NCBI GenBank assembly: GCA_964016885.1
Contig: OZ024746.1
Coordinates: 96,596,001 to 96,660,000 of the forward strand
Reading direction: 5' to 3'
DNA: 64,000 nucleotides
Source: Eledone cirrhosa
Lineage: Eukaryota
Below the pieces are notes generated by a model. The model saw only the letters and a program-made list of their open reading frames with translations, made no database searches and was not told the origin of the DNA. Positions 46,751-60,907 of this stretch are shown one piece after another. Within the stretch, counting starts at the first letter, position 1. The number at the start of each line of letters is the position of its first letter. A program made the position numbers and the translations under genes.

Positions 46751-48299
46751 TTATATATTACATAAATTATATATATATATATTACATATATTATATATAT
46801 ATATATATATTACATATATTATATATATATATATATATTACATATATTATATATATATATATTACATATATTATATATATATATATATATTACATATATA
46901 TATATATATATATTACATATATTATATATATATATATATATATTACATATATTATATATATATATATATATATTACATATATTATATATATATATTACAT
47001 ATATTATATATATATATATATATATTACATATATTATATATATATATATTACATATATTATATATATATATATTACATATATTATATATATATATATTAC
47101 ATATATTATATATATATATATATTACATATATTATATATATATATATATTACATATATTATATATATATATATTACATATATATATACATGTATATATTA
47201 TTTGCTAGCAGTGAAAATGGACATTAAATGATGATGATGATGATGATGATTGAGTTACCAACTTTGGTTGTAAAATTGGAATATTACAAATATTTTCTAT
47301 GTAATAAAATGAGGTTATTTTCCATTTTATCTTAGAATAAATATTTAGTTGCTCTTTTTTTGATTCTTGTCGAAGAATAAAGTATTGTAAAACATCAAGG
47401 GAACATCCAGTAAAATTAATGATAAAAGTGAATATTTCTGTTTTTAGTTTGAAATTGATGATGTTTTCCAATACTAAATAATAAACTTGCATAGCATAAA
47501 AACTAAAATTGTGTGTCAGCCATGTTGAGTTTTGGACTGCTTTTAAACATTTTGATACCAAACTGCCTGAAACTCTAGTTCTATGATACAAAACTGTTTT
47601 TAAATATTTAGATTCTTTTCCGTCAAATTTCGAATAATCCCCCGGAATCCTCCGATGATGGATATGAAATCAGAAATATAGGGACCAATAAATCTATTCT
47701 AAGGTAACTTCATCTCTAGTATTCATTTCATTTTACATTTCTTTTGATATTTCTCTTCCTCCTTACCCACTTTCTTCCAACTGCCACCTGATTTTGTTAT
47801 CCAGAGATTTATCCATCAACATTGTAGAGGCTTCCAAAATGACCATTTAAAAAAAATATTTATAATTATCTAAAAATATTCTATCATAATTTTATACGAA
47901 AAGCTTAGTTAAATTATTTTACAAACATCAGCTTAATAATGACAATGTTATGTTACTAAATTCCATCAAATTCTTTGAAAATCATGGCAATATCTATTAT
48001 TAGAAATATGGTAATAAAAAAGTTAAACCTTTTCATACCAAACTGCTTGAAACTGCCCCAGTTTCTATGATACAAAACTATTTGTTTTAGAATGTTTATA
48101 TTTATCTGAAAATCTTGCATCATAATTTTATGTAAAAAATAATACAGAAGACCCACCTTCCCATGCACGCACACGCGTTGAAGCATAAATTTAGCATGCA
48201 CCACTTAACCCTTATCCTCCCTCCCCATTCCATGAACCTCTCACACCTTAACACTACACCCATATCCTAATCACCTCACCTGTCTCCCATGCTACTCCC

Positions 48300-48535
48300 G
48301 CCCCTATCCCCAGTCCACACTGTAAAGAGGTCATGTAGGTATCATGACAAAAAGTACCCAGTACACATTGTAAATGAGGTTGGCATTAGGAAGGGAATCC
48401 AGCCGTAGAAACCAAGCCAGAAATAGTTCTGTATGAGCAAAACATGGTCACCTGACCCAATTTGCCTCAAATGTGACAACCCATCTAACCCATGCTAGCG
48501 TGGAAAATAAACATTAAAGAATGATGATGATGAAA
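48300..48535 (+). mobile_element. RTE 3' UTR with (ATG)n tail
   Basis: ggttggcattaggaagggaatccagccgtagaaacc...catgctagcgtggaaaataaacattaaagaatgatgatgatg; reverse complement of the other RTE tails. Confidence 0.7.
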
Positions 48536-49297
48536 TGTTCTGATATTTATTTTCTCAATCTCTTTTTATTGAACAGTTAAGATATAAGACATAAACAATT
48601 ACAGAAAGACTCCATTCGGTCATGAATAACCATGGTTTTGCACCTAGAAAATTCCCCTCTGAGGCTAAAGCCTGGGCAAGGTTTGTTTGTGGAAGACCAG
48701 CAGTCACACATGCATACCAGTCTCCCCTCTCCCGCCACCAATGGATAGGCAATGGCCGATACAACTTGGCACCAGTGACATCACAACTAATTTCTTCAGC
48801 TGAATGAACTGGAAATAAAGCATGAAATAAAGTGTCCTACTCAAGAACACAAAGCACACTTAGTCCGAGATTTGAACTCACTACCTTACAATTATGAGCT
48901 CAATGCTCTAACCACTAAAATAGTATATTTACTAGTGGACAGACTGTTGTGAAAATTTACTGTAACTAACTGTGACTTTATTTTTAATGTTGTAGAGTTG
49001 TTTTGTACTTTTCAAGGATGTCCTGCTTATGCCATTTCATGTGGTATAGGATATTAAGTATTAAGAGTTAATCAATGATAAAATACTTTTCAAAGTTGTA
49101 GGAATTTAAACTTTCCCTTTGAATCTGTTGTGAATTATAAGTAAAACCATAAATGAAACTGTTAAAGACAGGTTATTTTCCGTAATCTGTGCCTGGCCTA
49201 CTTCAACACATTAAAACCACAAAGATAGTAAACTGAATTCTTGGAAGCGACATGGAATGGACCTGTGTCAATTTCAACTATGTGTGTTCCAGTTGGT

Positions 49298-49580
49298 GAA
49301 GGCGCATGGCTTAGTGGTTAGAGCATTGGGCTTGCAATCGAAAGGTTGTGAGTTCAATTCTCGGACTGGGTGATGTGTTGTTTCCTTGAGCAAGACACTT
49401 TATTTCACATTGCTCCAGTTTACTCAGCTGAAAATGAGTACCACCAATAGCTGGAGGTTTAACCCTGCGATGGACTGGCGTCCTGTCCAGGGGGAGTCTT
49501 GTACTCTCAGTCGCTTCATGCCATGAAACCGGGATAAGCACCGGCCAAATGAGCCTTCTGGCTTAAGACAGACTTTAGAC
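49298..49580 (+). mobile_element. tRNA-derived SINE (second family)
   Basis: A box tggcttagtgg, B box gagttcaattc, then ccttgagcaagacacttt core. Minus copies at about 54760-54892 and about 48790-48920. Confidence 0.8.
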
Positions 49581-49804
49581 TTTTTAGTGTTCCAGTTCTA
49601 TCAACAGTACAGCCTGCTCAAGAAAAAATCTAATTATAGGTACAGATCACCTGGCAGGCTTCTAAACAGTTTCTGTCTAAACTTTACCCAAGATGCTATG
49701 CAGTGGAATTGAACCCAAGACCTAATGATTGTGAAGCAAACTTCTTGGCCATTTTGCCATGCTGTAGCTGCAAAAAGTAACACATAAACCTATCATGTTC
49801 ATAA

Positions 49805-50135
49805 TCATCATCATCGTTTTTACATCTGCTTTTCCATGCTTGCATGGGTTGGACAAGTCCTCAAGACGGCATCACTTCACACATTGCAGCCCTTTGTCAT
49901 CTCTGTGAGTTTCCGTGATTTGAGGTCAGCTCTCACAACCCCCTTCCAGGTTTTATGGTCTACCTCTACTGCAACGTTCTTCCACTGGTATTTCCTGGTA
50001 CTTCTTCACCCAACGATCATTATCTGTGCACATCACATGTCCAAACCAACACAATCTTCTCTCCTGCATACCACCTCGAATTCCTCTTAAACCCAGCTTC
50101 TCCTTCAACTCGTGCAAGCTCAGCTGCTCTCTCAC
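49805..50135 (-). mobile_element. RTE LINE extreme 3' fragment
   Basis: ELKEKLGLRGIRGGMQERRLCWFGHVM...RGRP plus (cat)n tail. Confidence 0.8.
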
Positions 50136-50369
50136 TTACATTTTATTCTGAAATATTTCCTAGAAACTTTTTCTGTTTATTTACTCTTCAATAAGGCATT
50201 TACTCTTCATTAATTTAAATAGGAAAATATAAAATCTGGAACCAGATTTAGCCATATTTTTAATTACCAAAGTTCTAATGAAATACAATCAAAGATGTTC
50301 AATTAATTTTAAAAATACTAAAAAATTTGTTGGAATTTAGTAATATAATTAACATTTTATTATTAAATT

Positions 50370-50950
50370 GGTGGATTGGCAGTATCGGTAGAGGGTCGGA
50401 CGCCAAGCTTTGACGCATAGAGTTACGGCCCTTGCAATTCTGAGTCAAATCCTGCCGAGGTTAACTTTGCCTTTCAACCTTATGGGGTCGATAAAATAAA
50501 GTACCAGTAATGCACTGGGTAATTGCTGGCCTTGTGCCAAAAGTAGAAACAATTATTTAGTTGGTGTTAAGTTCAAATCACGCCAAGGCTAGCTTTGCCT
50601 TTCATTCTTACAAGGTTGATAAAGTACCAGTAACATACTTGGATCGATTTAATTGACTTTCCCCTCCTTCAAACTGCTTCCCTTATGCCTAAAGTAGAAA
50701 CAGTTATTATAGAGTTTACTTGATGCTGTGTTTGTCAATGTTATTTCCATATTTAATAATAGTTTCTGAGTTAGGCACAAGGCCAGCAATGAAATTGACC
50801 CCAGTACGTTATTGGTACTTTATTTTATCGACCCTGTAAGGATGAAAGGCAAAGATAACCTTGGCGGGATTTACATTTAATAATTGTTTCTACTTTAGGC
50901 ACAAGGCCAGCAATTTGGGGAAAGGGAAAGTTGATTAAATCGACCCCAGT
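50370..50950. mobile_element. Cluster of SINE copies and fragments in both orientations
   Basis: Repeated actttgcctttca...gtcgataaaataaagtaccagt...ggccttgtgcc and reverse complements; further minus copies at 52300-52615. Confidence 0.75.
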
Positions 50951-51629
50951 CAACCAGTTAAATAGTTACAAAACAAAAGGAAATTTTGTTGCACAGTAAA
51001 AATCAACCAATAATGACCCTCAGATATTACTGGTTTTCATTTCTAATATCAAAAAATAATAATAATGATAATTAACCTTTTCAATAGCAAAACTTTAGAA
51101 ACTGACCCTGGGTTCTCTGATACTAAGGGGTTTATATTTATCTAAAAACTTTGTCATAATTTTATAAAAGAATCTTTGTTGTGTTTCAAACACCAGCTTA
51201 ATAATTCTGTTGTAAAGTGAAGGTACCTACCTTTGAGTCTCAACAAGTGTCCGAACTGAATCTCCCCGAGTGATGTTCACCTGTTTCACATCTGACCAGA
51301 GAACATAGCAAATCTCACACACACGTTCACACCATTAAAAGGACGTTCACATAATGTTGCCCATGAACTGAGAGATAGAGTGAGGCAGCATGCACTTCCG
51401 ATGTGATGTCACTGGCCCCTTGCAAGACATCCTCTGCTCTTCTGGCACCCTAGCCCCACAAATTCTTTATTATTTTCAACATTTATTTAGAAATATGGTA
51501 GTGAAAGGGTTAACATTTCAAAACATAATTTCCTCTGAAGATGAATAATAGATTATTTACTCCATTGTCAATGAATACTTAGATACAAGTATAATTTGTG
51601 CTGGTTGAGTATCTAGAACATCCTTTTCT

Positions 51630-52150
51630 TTGCCCACTTAATCCTGAGAGGGCGTGGGGGCAGAGCCCCCAAACACTCCTTCTCAAACTGATCTGGCTGG
51701 ATCCCAAAGTGAGACCAGCTAAGCACATGGATGTTATCAAACCATCTTGCTCTGAGCCTACCCCTGGGTCTCCTGCTGCTTGGTTTTGCCTGTAAAATCT
51801 GTCCAGTGATTCTTTTCTGAGACATTCTAACCATATGCCCATAATACCTGAGCTGTGATCTCTCAATTCGGAGAAGTAGTGGCTCTACCTGGAGTATCTC
51901 TCAAGTTATATTATTCCAAAGACCCTTTGGGGGAACCCCATTTCGGCCATTTGTATTCGCGATCGTATTCTTTCAGTCATTACCCAAGATTCATGACCAT
52001 AGGTAAAGGTTGGCACGAATACTGAATTGAAGATAGCGAGTTTGGCTTTTACACCTACCTCCCTTCTGATTACCAAATGCTGAAGCTAGCGCATTACTGC
52101 ACCAGATCCTGCAATTTTTACACTTAATTCAGCCTCCTGCCTTCCATCAC
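51630..52150 (-). mobile_element. RTE-type (Expander/BovB-like) LINE 3' fragment
   Basis: MVRMSQKRITGQILQAKPSSRRPRGRLRARWFDNIHVLSWSHFGIQPDQ. Confidence 0.75.
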
Positions 52151-52769
52151 TATCTAGACTATTGATTCCTAAAATGAACAGATGCCATCTATAGAGTTCT
52201 GAGAATAATCTCTATTGAATTTAAAGTAGGAAAATTTTAAGTAGCCTTTCGTAACCAAGGATCAAGCATTGATTTATAAGATCATGGTCATGAATTGAAA
52301 TAATGATTTCTGATTTAGGCACAAGGCCAGCAATTTTAGGGGAGGGGAAAATTGATTAAATCAACACCAGCGCATTACTGATACTATTACTAATAGTAAT
52401 GGGTTCTGATTTAGGCACAAGCCAACAATTTTAGGGGAGGGGAAAGTCGATTGAATCAACACCAGTGCATGACGGGTACTTTATTTTATTGACCCCATAA
52501 GGATGAAAAGCAAAGCTAACCCTAGCGGTATTTGAACTCAGAGCATAAAGAGCCATAACTCTAAGCCACAAAGTATGTTGTCCAACGCTCTACCGATTCT
52601 GCCAATCCACCAGCCATACAACAATGAAAAGATAACAGTCTATCAACTGCAGCAGACATACAATTTCAATCCTATTTATTTATTAATTTATTTTCAGGTG
52701 AACAAGTTTTGTTTTTATTTCACAAACTAAGACATTACCTGTTGTTGAATTAACCCTTTACCATATATG

Positions 52770-54415
52770 TCTTAGTCTTAGGTTCTTCCGCGCCGTTCGG
52801 CACATCAAGCAGTAGGTGCTCGCCAATGGTCACGATGATCAGTGGCAGCTTTTTCGCGTCCGTGAAAAGTGATGTTGGCTGCCATCAGATCTTTTCGGAA
52901 CATTCATCGCCAGGTGATCCTGGGGCAACCCCACTTCCATTTGCCGCCAGGTGGAGTCCAGTTCATCACTGTTTTCAAGTGTCGTTCATCGGGCAGGCAC
53001 AGAATATGGCCAGCCAGGCGGCACCGGCGCTCCGCAACCATCCTCTGCAGCGTCATCAACTCGGCTCTCCGCAGGATTTCTACATTTCGCACTCTGTCGT
53101 GCCAGGACACACGGAGGACTCTTTGCAGGCACCGCTGGTGGAATGTGTTCAGCCGTTTCTCCATCTTTGCCATAATCTTCCAGGTTTTGCTCGCTTGGTC
53201 CTGGTGCTGATGCATGCAGACAACCAGACTGGGTGTAACCACTGGAAAACTGTGGCTCTTTTGCCGATCCGACAGTTGATGTTGATCTCTGCGTCGCCAT
53301 TGCTTGCCAGGATGCTGCCCAGGTAGGTGAAGTGATTGATTTCCTCCAGGTCTTGTTGGTTGGCTCTGATCGCTGGATCTATGCTGTTGACTGTTCTCAT
53401 CACCTTGGTCTTTTTGGTGTTGATTCTCAGGCCGATCTTTTCTGCACTCTCTTGCAGGGAAGTTGTTAGGGCCTGCAGATCTGCACTGCCTTCAGTGATC
53501 AAAGCGATGTTGTCGGCGAATGCCAGGTCCCTCAGCCTCGACCGGCCTCTCCATGGGATTTCTCAACCGGGTCCTTCCTCTGTTCACCTTAGCACAAAAT
53601 CGGCTGCCAACAGAAACAACAGTGGAGAGAGAATGCAACCCTGTCTTCTGACTCCGGAGACAATGTCAAAGAACTCTGTCACACCAGACTCAGTTCGCAT
53701 GCAGCAGCTGGAGTTTGCATACAGGGCCTTGAAAATAGTAATGAACAGGACCAGAGCTGGATGGAGCACTTCCAGGAGACGCTGAACCAACCTAATCCGG
53801 TTGCCCTTATAGACTTGACCGCAGAGACTCCAGCATCTGCTGTGGTACTCAAGGTCTGCGAGGACCAAATTACCAAGCAGGAGATGAGAGATGCAATCAA
53901 CGACTTGAGGAACAGCAAAGCAGGCGGACTGGATCAGATCTCTACGGAGTTGCTCAAATTCAGTGAGGATAGCATGATAATGGTGTTGACAAACTTAATG
54001 AACCACTGCTGGAGGGTTGGTCGGGTTCCTCTTGAGTGGCAACGCTGTGTCATCAGCAAACTGCCGAAGAAGGGAAACCTTAGTCGACTGCAACAACTGG
54101 CGCAGTATCACATTGCTGTCAGTCCCAGGCAAGGCATTTCTGCACTGTGCTGCTGCGTCGACTCCAGCAGGCTGTCAACACTGTGCTCCCGGGAAGAACA
54201 AGCCAGCTTCTGAAACAATCGATCTAGCGCCGAACAGATCTTCACACAACATCCTCGAACAATGTGTTGAGTTCCAGCACTCAGTAGTGAACTTCATTGA
54301 TTTCCACAAGGCATTCAAGCATGTACATCGAGAATTGCTGTGGAATATCACACACTCATACGTTATTCCTGCAAGATTAGTCGCCATTTTCAAGGCCCTG
54401 TACGCAAACTTACCA
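52770..54415. mobile_element. RTE-type LINE with inverted 5' part
   Basis: Minus 52780-53745 encodes the RT 3' half (GVR.QGCILSPLLF, FTYLGS, RLAGHILCLPDER). Plus 53750-54412 encodes the upstream half (EHFQETLN, KAGGLDQISTELLK, NWRSITLLSVPGK, NFIDFHKAF). Confidence 0.85.
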
Positions 54416-54556
54416 TATGTGTGTGTGTGTGTATGTGGTGTGTGGTGTGTGTGTATACATATATGTGTGTGTGCGTTGTATATATACACATACATATATG
54501 TGTGTGCATATATATGTGTGTGTGTGCATATATATATATATATATGTGTGTGTGTG

Positions 54557-54730
54557 TCATCATCATCTTCATTTCATTTTACGTCCGCTTTTCCCTGCTT
54601 GCAAGGGTGGGACGGGAACTGATTCTGGCTTGATTTCTACAGCTGGATGCCCTTCCTAACACCAACCTCATTTACAGTGAGTGCTGGGTGCTTTTTTGCT
54701 GTGGCACCTCCACGACCACTTTGCAGTGGA
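54557..54730 (-). mobile_element. RTE 3'-UTR fragment
   Basis: (cat)n...tacgtccgctt.tccctgcttgcaagggtgggacggg, as at 28171. Confidence 0.7.
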
Positions 54731-55189
54731 ATGATAGGGACCCCAGCCCCTATCATCTCATTTCTGAGTAAACTGGAGCAATGTGAAATAAAGTGTCTTG
54801 CTCAAGGAAACAACACATCACCCGGTCTGAGAATTGAACTCACAACCTTTCGATTGCAAGGCTAATCCTCTAACCACTAAGCCATGTGCCTCCATGTGTA
54901 ATTCTATGTATATATATACATATATATGTGTGTGTGTGTGTGTGTGTACATATTTATATATATATATATATATATATATACCTATATGTGTGTGTGTGTA
55001 TATATATGTGTGTATATGTATGTACCATCATCATCACGATTTTATGTCTATTTTCCATGTTTGCATGGATTAGGCTAGACATATAAGGTGACTATACCTT
55101 GTACATACGATCCATGTATGTATGTGTATGTATGTGTGTATGTATGTAAGTACGTATGTATGTATATATGTATGTATGTATATATATAT

Positions 55190-57725
55190 GTCTCTCTTTC
55201 TCTTAATTTTGAGTACATTTTTGACTGGCCACCTTCCTGGTGGCAAGGTTGTAAAAGAAAAGAAATTGTCATCCCTTGAATCGCAAGAATGTTTTGCAAA
55301 CTTTGAAGGTGACAGCTATCGCAGCCAATTAGGGAGCTGCGCTCTTTGTCCGCAAATCCAAGTTCAGTTATTCATTGGTCCAAGCGGGTTGGCATATAAC
55401 CTGTAGCTCCAATAATGATGGGTAAGAAGCTAAGGGTGTATCTTGAATACTGGATTTGTAAACTCCTCATCAATGGTCTGTAGATGTCCTTCTCCTGTAT
55501 TTTTCTGACAACGTTTACATCAAGTGGGCAGCTGATCTCTACAACAGAACATGTTTTCAATGTGTGGTCCCAAACAACAATATCAGGCCGGTTGTGCTTT
55601 AATTTGGTGGCAGTTTTTATTTTCAGGTTCCACCAGTATTCCTTAATGCCATCTGTCTCAATATATTCTTCCTCGTTTGTTTTTAATTTTGTTTTCCGAA
55701 GTGTGTTCCAGATGGTTCTAGCTATCCCATCGTGTCTCATGGGGAGGTAGTAGCGAGATGACATTCTTTCGCAGTTGGCAACAATGTGGCTTACATCTTC
55801 GATCTTTGTTTTACATAGCCTACATTTATTGTCAGCTGATGGCCTTCCCCTTTTGTGCAGCAGATATTTGGTAGGGAGTGCTTGTTCTTGTATTGCATAG
55901 TGATATCCCTCAAGGTGTGATGTCATAAACTTGTCGGAACTCCATGCCAGGCTTTTTGAGTGGTTTATCCCCTCTATGGTCTGTGTTTTACGTCTCAAGT
56001 ATCCATGCATAACTTTTTCTGTAAATTGGTCAATTTTTTCTTCTTGTTTGAACATTGAATAGGATCTTCCAATTTCTCTGGGGGAGAGATTTATATCAGG
56101 CTTTATTCCATTTCTCTCCTCCAGATCAGTGGCTATCCTAATGATATTTCTTTCTTCATGCTCATAAACCTGGGCAAGATGGTTGCCAACCTTTTTCCTC
56201 TGTTGAAGATGTTGCTTCAGTCTTACTATCCGGGTCTCATATGATGTTAATATGGATTTTAGACCCCGGCCACCTTCTTTGCGTGAGAAGTATAGCCTAT
56301 CCACATCACCATTGATGTTAAAGTTTCCAGTAACACTGAGAAGTTTGCAAGTTCTAACATCCATCTCACTTAGTTCTTGCAATGACCAGTTCAGTAGGCC
56401 AAATGTTGGCGTTAGAATTGGCACAGCATAAGTATTGGGAGCTATGTACTTGTTGTACGCTGACAGTTCTGATGACCATATTTTCTTTACTCTTCTGAGG
56501 TATTCAGTTCTGGTTCTCTCCTTATTTATGGGTCCATCATATCCGACATTCTCATCCTGTCCAAGATATCTGTAGTTGTCACCTGACTGTAGAGGTTGTA
56601 TTGTCAGGCCGTTCATCTTTAGATTTCTAGGAGGGCACAGCTCTTCCACGTTTTACTGCCAAATATGTACATTTGGACTCACCAAATTTCATTTTGATGT
56701 CTGTTGAAAATTGTATAATGAGGTCCAATTGTTTCTTGATATTGTTGATATTTGGCCCATACAACATCAGGTCATCAACAAAGAAAAGATGGGAGATACT
56801 CCTGGACTCACTTCTTTGTCCACCTTGTTTCCTGAGTAGGTAAGATAGTGGATTTAGTGAGAGAACGAAGAGTAGCACTGACAAGCTATCACCCTGTAAG
56901 ATGCCCTTCTGGTAATGTATCTTATCAGTCTTAACCTGCTCCTTCTCACCTCTAAGGATCAAATTGGTGTACCAGTTCTTGGTCAGACGTTCAACAGCAG
57001 CTACCAGTGGTTGTGGGACTTTGGCTAGCTGTAAAGCCTTAACAATCCACCCATGAGGTACACTATCAAATGCTTTTTGATAGTCCAGCCACACCACAGT
57101 CATGTCTCTGCGATTCTTTGTTGTTTTTTCTTGAATCATTTTATTTGTTAGTAGGTGATCTATGCAACCCCACACCTCCCTCTTTCCACAAGTTTTCTCA
57201 GGTGTTATAATGTTGTTGGTAGCACAATGATCCTATAAGAAGAGGTTAAGGCACCCAGTATATAATTTATACATGATGTTTTGGCAGGCTATTGGACGGT
57301 AATTTTTAGCAAGGGTGGTTGGGCTATTTTGGGGAATGAGGAGAGTAGTGGCAGTTGATAACCATTTGGGTAGTTCTTGTGTGCCTTTAATGGTTTCTGT
57401 AAACAGCCGTATGAGATCTTGCCGATAGAAAGTGAAATTCTTCAACCAGTATCCTGTTATGAGGTCTGGGCCTGGTGATTTCCTATTCGACATTTTCTGT
57501 ATTGACCCATCTATGTCATATTGTTTTGTCTGGACACGTTGACAGTAGACCTGCTCCAGTTCTTTTAGCCATTTAGTTTGTTTGTTGAATCCGTCATCCG
57601 TTTCCCATACAGATCTCCAGTAGCTCTCAACCTGTTCTTTTGAAGGGGTGTCATTTACAGAGATTGAGCTTTTGCCACTGAAGCTGCGATAAACTGATTA
57701 GGATCTCTGGCAAACAATCTATTTA
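55190..57725 (-). mobile_element. 5'-truncated R4/Dong-like non-LTR retrotransposon (RT + CCHC + RLE)
   Basis: KSPGPDLITGYWLK; NYRPIAC; WLDYQKAFDSVPH; GILQGDSLS; SHLFFVDDL; CRLCKTKIEDVSHIVANC...RHD...NRPDIVV...VEISCP. Frameshifted; both ends at TA/TATG tracts. Confidence 0.9.
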
Positions 57726-57762
57726 GCACTTGTATGTATGTATGTATGTATATATGTATGTG

Positions 57763-58360
57763 TCAGGTCACCAGTTGGTGCTACTGGTAACATGTATCCC
57801 AGTGGACAGTCCCATGGTCGGGTCGTTGGCGAGTAAACTGGCAACCCCACCAAGTTTCTTGGTGAGAAGGGTGACTTTGGACATCCTGCAGCACTAAAAA
57901 CAAAACCTGTCAAAGGAGCTCTTAAGAGTCAATGGCCATCCAAAATCATCGGGAGAGATGACCCCTTAGCCTTTGTCAAGGCAGAATTCTAGGAGAAGGA
58001 AAACTCTGATATAACACCTGCAACCCTGATGGTATCCAATGATGTTGACTTGTTCTTCTTTTTGGTAAATATCATCTTCGTTAAGAGAGTGGGACTGGCT
58101 TTGTGCAGTGCCTTTGCTCACTATAAAAGCTTCACGGCACAGGCATTGCTTTATATCTGGAGATCTCTCTGCACTTGTCGTCACATGGTACCATGGGCCC
58201 AGCACTATGTGTCAATAATTGTCACAAGTGTAGTGTTTGTACCAGAGTTTTCAAGTCGCTGGCTGGACTAAAAAGTCACACTTGTTCAGCGCATCGGTAG
58301 GGGTTCTCCTACATGGATATAAAGTAGTGGCCGTACTCGAAAACGAGTTGGCAGCCACCA
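57763..58360. repeat. Unclassified repeat of about 600 bp, copy 1 (inverted relative to 60908-61516)
   Basis: gtcaggtcaccagttggtgctactgg...gaaaacgagttggcagccacc; reverse-complement copy 2.5 kb downstream. Confidence 0.9.
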
Positions 58361-58597
58361 TGTATATATGTATGCATGTTTGTATGTACGTATGTATGTA
58401 TGTATGTATGTATGTACGTATGTGCTTTACAACGTTAATATTAATAAACTACTTAGTCTAAAATTTCTTAAGGAAACATCTTCTCAAATTACTTGTTAAA
58501 TATTTGTTGTAAAATAGTTTTAAAGAAGATCTGTGCAATAGTTGTTGCTCAGTTGTATAAAACAACAGTAACATCATTGTATAACAGCACAGTTTAA

Positions 58598-58817
58598 CCC
58601 TTTAATGTCCAAACCGGCCAAAATCGGCCAAAATTCTCTACTTCTTTCTGTTGAAACCGGCTGTAACTGGTCACTCAAACTGATGTTAAGGTATTGTTCT
58701 CAAAATAAATACTTTCAAAGTCTCATAGATTCGATATTATGTGGGATAAGTATGCGAGGTAAAGCCTTTACCATGAAAATATAATAATATATATAGAGTA
58801 ATGTGAATACTAAAGTG
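58598..58817. mobile_element. piggyBac-like MITE with TTAA duplication
   Basis: TTAA|ccctttaatgt ... gaatactaaagtg|TTAA; same family as 9390-9583. Confidence 0.75.
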
Positions 58818-58823
58818 TTAAAC

Positions 58824-59570
58824 CAGAAGTCATCAACCAGTGGTCGGTGGACCACTGGTGGTCCAAGAGAAAATTTTGGTGGTCCACAAAAATTTGGACA
58901 TTATTTGCAATTTTTGTGTTTTATTAGTAATTAGCTGGCTCCGTATCATAAAAATTGTCAGCTAATTGTAATATCTATACATAAAGTAAAAAAGACATGT
59001 TAGTTGGTTGCTTGGTTCCTTCACGCTCACTCACACAAGTGATACAAACAAACAAACATACAGTCAACATGTGTAGCCAAATCACTACACATACACACAC
59101 AGCTGTGATGAATCTTTAAAACCTTCGGCTTCTAAGTTTCTCACCCACCCCCTTCCTCAGTCATCACATAGATGTGTGTGTATTAGACACCCCTTCCTTC
59201 CTCAGTCGATGTAATCGCTCCTTCCTTCCTCGGTCATCTCTAGTGCATTGCGGACAAATCCACACAGCTATTATATTATATTAGTAGATAAAACAAACAT
59301 AATATTCGGTTAAAACATATTTTATAACCCCCACTAAAAAATGTTTCTCCTCAGCAAAGAACAAACATCCATGAAAGAATTTTACACATATATATCATCT
59401 ATCGACAATATGACACAGGTACACTTCAGTATTGTTTAATAAAATGGAAGTTCTCTGATCATTATTTTACAAATGTATTTATCTTTTTAGAAAAATTCAT
59501 ATTAGTGGTCTGCGGGATTTAAAATTATGAATTTAGTGGACCATGAGGTTCGAAAGGTTGGCGACCGCTG
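58824..59570. mobile_element. hAT (Buster-like) non-autonomous element
   Basis: Ends cagaagtcatcaacc / ggttggcgaccgctg with subterminal gtggtcc repeats; reconstructed TSD gtttaaac / gtttaacc. A related terminus cagtggtcgccaacc occurs at about 10288. Confidence 0.65.
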
Positions 59571-60874
59571 GTTTAACCACTTCAGTGCCATAGACAAGAT
59601 AACTCGTCCTAACATGTTTGAACTCTTTTCCAACAGTTCATAACTTCAAAGTTATGAGCTCATTTCCAACAGTTCATAACTTCAAAGCTAAATACCAAAT
59701 GATTAAGAAATTGCTTCTTGATAATGATGTTATAATTTATATTTTTGATAACTCAGAGTTTCAACTACAAAACTTAGTATAATATTTCTATTCTTTTAGG
59801 GGCCTTTTAATGGTGTATTTAGACGTTTTACTTCTATTGCTTGTACAGAAAGTCTTTGATATAAAACAAAACAAATGAAGGTTTGTTTCCTGTTGCTAGA
59901 GGCTAGTTTTTTTTAAACTCTTTTCTTATCTCACGAACTCAGGGATTTTTTTTCTCTTCCAGACCCATATTTTCTATTTAGTGACTCCTGGTTGGAGTAC
60001 AATTCTACGTATTGTGGTTTATAAAATATCTGATTTACTTTTCCCAACATCATCTTTATGCCCTTCAGACTATGACCTTCATCACGAAGTGATGGGAACT
60101 ATCTGACCTAAAATAAAACAACGCTGCTTTGAATTGAGGAGTGAGAGCTCCTCTCAGAATTCAAGGGTGCTGAAAGGCTTTTTGTTTAGGGGAGTGGGGT
60201 AGTAATAGGTATTTGCAGGCCTTATTTTTTTATCTTTAGGCTCCACTAGTTTGATATATCCCCTGAATGCCCATTTTTATAGGTTCTGGCAGTTGTAGGG
60301 AATTTATTCAACTAACAATTCCTCCATGCATAGTACAGTTCTGCACAACAGAGAGGAGGTTTGGGCATTGAATGTAAAGTTTATGTAAATGTTAGAAAAA
60401 ATGACTTGGGCACGTCCCATTAGATGTGTAATGTTCATAAACAATGAAATAGAGATGCGTTGACAGAGAAACTGGGTATAAGAGGAAACACGTACTGTAC
60501 AATGATGTAGAGATGAGTTGAGAGAGAATTTGGGTATAAGAGGAAACATGTACAGGGTGTTCACTTTTTACACAAAGATGCATGTTAATGCAGCACATAA
60601 AACAAATTTGTGTAATTCAAGTCTAATGTTACATTATATTTCTGATAATAAATAAATTAAAAACCACACGCGTTATAGCACATTATTCGCACAAAGTGAA
60701 TATTTAATAATATTTTTCAGGAGGCGTTAAAACGATTTTGTGTACTTCAAGTTAGAGTAAAAAGCAAACGGACTGTAGTGTGAAAGAGAGAATGCTGTGT
60801 AGGTAAAGACATGAAAGTACATGTTTGAGAGAAGTTCCAGAAGTTTCAACTGGAAGAGAATGACCAAGGATGAC

Positions 60875-60907
<33 letters not shown>

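Noticed and set aside
49298-49375. tRNA gene
   Set aside because: A and B boxes run into a SINE core and the sequence recurs elsewhere; no complete cloverleaf.
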